A stretch of 37,005 nucleotides of DNA from an uncultured Candidatus Saccharibacteria bacterium (GTDB lineage: Bacteria > Patescibacteriota > Minisyncoccia > Phycocordibacterales > PALSA-1337), in assembly GCA_964468845.1 (NCBI GenBank), contig CAYXWP010000002.1, positions 1 to 37,005 of the forward strand. The letters are read 5' to 3'. Numbering within the stretch: the first letter of the stretch is position 1; the number at the start of each line of letters is the position of its first letter. A program made the translations under genes and the position numbers. Of this stretch, positions 34,818 to 37,005 are shown piece after piece. The notes under the pieces are model-generated. The model saw only the letters and a program-made list of their open reading frames with translations. It had not been told where the DNA came from and ran no database searches.

Positions 34818-36296
34818 TCATGAAACGTGATATTTTTTGTGAATTTCTTCAATACTTTCGTTTTCCAGCTCATTTTTCTTGTTTTTTCCCTTTTCTGCTA
34901 GTGTTTTTAGTTCGTCGTCTGTTAGGCTGATTAGCTCCATAGCCCTTTTATCAAGATATTCCTCGGTATTTTTCTTTGGATCCTCTAGAACTTCTTCAAG
35001 TAAAGCATTAAGAATATGACCAATTTTGGGTCCTGGTGTTACATGTGTAACATCCATTATGCGTTTCCCGTCTGTTTTAAGCATACCCACAGATACCGGA
35101 TCCCTAAGCGCCTCCTCAATCATCGACTTGTATTTCCTAAGTCTATATGGATTTTCCTTTGGTCTTCCTGTTCCTACTCTGTCACAAATACGAATATTCA
35201 TTAAATCCCATATATTATCCTTCCCAACGTTTACAATCATTCTTCTAACTGCGGAAATAGTAATTGTTCCAGTATCGGAGAAAAACATATGCCATCGTAC
35301 CAGTTTTACCACCTTTTCTATTGTTTTGGCTGGGAACTTCATTCTTTCAAGTATTTTTTTTGTTACACGTGAACCAACTACCTCGTGTCCGTAAAACGTA
35401 AATTGATTTGTTTCATGTGAAAACCTTCTTGTTTCAGGTTTTGAAATGTCGTGGAATATTGCAGAAAGACGTATTTCTAGCGGCCACTCCTTGTCTGCTG
35501 AGTGCTGTAGTGTTCTAAGTAAATGCTCCCAGACATCGTAAGAGTGTGCTTGGTTCTGTTCTATTCCCTTTGCGACAACAAGTTCTGGGATAATATGGAC
35601 AAGTAGGTTTAGTTTATCAAGTAACTCAATGCCAAACTTTGGGTTTTTTGACATCAATATTCTTGTGAATTCATCCCTAATCCTCTCAATTGAGATCTCT
35701 TTAATGTGTTCAGAATGGCTTAGTATAGCCTTTTCTGTGTCTATGTTAATCGTGAAACCTGTTTCCGTGGCTAGTCTTACGGCTCTAATCATGCGTAAAG
35801 CGTCCTCATCAAAGCGTTCATTAGGATTTCCAACAGCTTTTATGACTTTGTCCTTTATGTCCTTTAAGCCACCGAATAGGTCAACAATGTCTTTTATTGA
35901 TCCATTAGACAGACTCACTGCAATCGCATTAATTGTGAAATCACGACGTTTGAGATCATCCCCAATACTTTTACTGAATCTAACCTCGTCTGGGTGTCTA
36001 CGGTCACTATATGAGCTTTCAAGACGATATGGAGTGACTTCCACAATCTTTAATTTTTCATCCTCTGTGTTTTCATTGACTACTCCAACTGTGCCGTATG
36101 AATTTTCATAAAATGTTTTTGGGAAAAGAGGAATGATTTGTTCTGGAGTTGCGTTCGTGGTCACATCCCAATCTTTTGGCGTTTTTCCAAGAAGTATATC
36201 CCTTGTGCAACCACCAACAAGAAATGCCTCAAAACCAGCTTTTTCAATGGTCTCAACAATGTCGACTATTTCTTTGGGGATCGGACTGTTTTTCAT
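34818..36296 (-). CDS. cca: CCA-adding tRNA nucleotidyltransferase / poly(A) polymerase family with an HD domain
   Basis: 492 aa with FLVGGCTRDILLGKTPKDWD, RRDFTINA and an HD region (IFHDISKP). Confidence 0.9.
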   Translation of the reverse strand: MKNSPIPKEIVDIVETIEKAGFEAFLVGGCTRDILLGKTPKDWDVTTNATPEQIIPLFPKTFYENSYGTVGVVNENTEDEKLKIVEVTPYRLESSYSDRRHPDEVRFSKSIGDDLKRRDFTINAIAVSLSNGSIKDIVDLFGGLKDIKDKVIKAVGNPNERFDEDALRMIRAVRLATETGFTINIDTEKAILSHSEHIKEISIERIRDEFTRILMSKNPKFGIELLDKLNLLVHIIPELVVAKGIEQNQAHSYDVWEHLLRTLQHSADKEWPLEIRLSAIFHDISKPETRRFSHETNQFTFYGHEVVGSRVTKKILERMKFPAKTIEKVVKLVRWHMFFSDTGTITISAVRRMIVNVGKDNIWDLMNIRICDRVGTGRPKENPYRLRKYKSMIEEALRDPVSVGMLKTDGKRIMDVTHVTPGPKIGHILNALLEEVLEDPKKNTEEYLDKRAMELISLTDDELKTLAEKGKNKKNELENESIEEIHKKYHVS

Positions 36297-36303
36297 TGAA
36301 TTA

Positions 36304-36312
36304 ATGGTAGCA
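36304..36312 (-). promoter_or_regulatory. Extended -10 (TGcTACCAT) 7 nt upstream of the cca ATG
   Basis: The minus strand reads TGCTACCAT followed by taattca and then ATG (36296). Confidence 0.4.
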
Positions 36313-36343
36313 TTTATTTGTATTTTTTCATATATAGGACATG

Positions 36344-36352
36344 TGATATACT
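36344..36352 (+). promoter_or_regulatory. Extended -10 (TGaTATACT) 10 nt upstream of the HTH-protein ATG
   Basis: This is the same 9-mer as at xth. The ATG is at 36363. Confidence 0.45.
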
Positions 36353-36362
36353 GTTATCTAAC

Positions 36363-36938
36363 ATGGTATCGAATATACAAAATATTAAAAAAGCTAGAGA
36401 ATTACGCCTTTCTGGGAGGTCCTTGTCTGAAATTTCGAAAGAGTTAAACATATCAAAGAGTACGGTCTCAAATTGGCTGAGAGATATTGTTTTAAGTGCT
36501 ACACAAGTGCAGAATTTGAAATCTAGAGTTGGAAATATGGCTGCAAGGGGAAGGTTAAACGCCTCTGTTATTAAGAAATCAAATAGATTGTTTCGCGAAA
36601 AAACTATATATGACGAAGCGGTAAGAAATTTCCCAACGTTGGTCAAGGATTCTTTTTTTATCCTCGGGCTATCGTTATATTGGGCAAAGGGAACAATAAA
36701 AGGTAACTATTTTCAGTTTACTGGTTCAGACGCTGTAATGAATGGAGTAATAATAAAATGGATCAGTAAATATTTAAAAATTGACAATAATATGATCAAA
36801 CAGAGGAGTTGTGGTTCATATTCAAAGATTTATATTACGCAAATCGATGCCTTAAGGAGGGTGGTCGCTTGGCAAAAGCTATTAATAGCGTATTATAGTA
36901 GAATCTTAAAAGGAGAGGAGAGTGAAGGTGTTTTGTAG
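36363..36938 (+). CDS. HTH-domain protein with a single LAGLIDADG-like motif; function unknown
   Basis: The N-terminal HTH reads LSGRSLSEISKELNISKSTVSNWLRD. Mid-protein FILGLSLYWAKGT resembles a degenerate LAGLIDADG/'YWAEG' motif. The start was set at MVSNIQN. Confidence 0.55.
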   Translation: MVSNIQNIKKARELRLSGRSLSEISKELNISKSTVSNWLRDIVLSATQVQNLKSRVGNMAARGRLNASVIKKSNRLFREKTIYDEAVRNFPTLVKDSFFILGLSLYWAKGTIKGNYFQFTGSDAVMNGVIIKWISKYLKIDNNMIKQRSCGSYSKIYITQIDALRRVVAWQKLLIAYYSRILKGEESEGVL

Positions 36939-36951
36939 TTATGATTAATCT

Positions 36952-37005
36952 GCGCCCGTAGTGAAATGGATATCATACCGGTCTTCGGAACCGTTGTTGG
37001 GGGTT
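36952..37005 (+). tRNA. tRNA-Arg (anticodon TCG), truncated at the window edge within the T-arm
   Basis: Acceptor GCGCCCG, D-arm GTGA/AATGGATA/TCAT with G18G19. Anticodon arm CCGGT-CTTCGGA-ACCGT, with U33, anticodon TCG and G37. Variable loop TGTT, then GGGGG-TT... Confidence 0.85.

Overview
The window is a low-GC, tightly packed bacterial segment. Two hand-counted 60-nt lines gave about 32% G+C in ordinary genes. The gene content points to a small-genome CPR/Patescibacteria (Parcubacteria-like) organism using the standard code, but that placement is inference. Supporting signs are a T4SS-pilin/PrgI/VirB4/VirB6 cluster, inteins inside housekeeping enzymes, a fused membrane/spermidine-synthase-like protein and very short spacers.

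Layout:
- 1-9955: one minus-strand operon for a minimal type IV secretion-like apparatus plus secreted and membrane proteins of unknown function.
- 9962-20914: housekeeping genes. These are rsmA, an intein-containing uvrD/pcrA, a LysM-M23 peptidase, comM/yifB, a DksA-like protein, a Pro-rich membrane protein and pnp.
- 20915-27632: an accessory block lying between pnp and rpsO. It holds a GC-rich (about 50%) radical SAM gene with a long structured leader, two convergent TrmB-like regulators, an orphan solute-binding protein, a Bro-N protein and a NYN protein.
- 27633-37005: rpsO, an intein-containing xerC/D-type recombinase, an MFS transporter, xth, a spermidine-synthase-like fusion, a 630-bp ORF-free GC-rich structured region (candidate ncRNA of unknown class), cca, an HTH protein and a truncated tRNA-Arg(TCG).

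The most notable observations are these:
- Two inteins sit exactly in catalytic motifs, and one carries a non-LAGLIDADG, GIY-YIG-like insert.
- At least 14 genes have a (TGn)TAnnnT -10 element only 4-10 nt from the start codon, which implies leaderless mRNAs.
- The radical SAM gene lies on a compositional island.
- There is an unclassified structured RNA locus.
- The T4SS-like operon has no relaxase or coupling protein in view.

Everything was read by eye. No database search, folding program or statistics were run.
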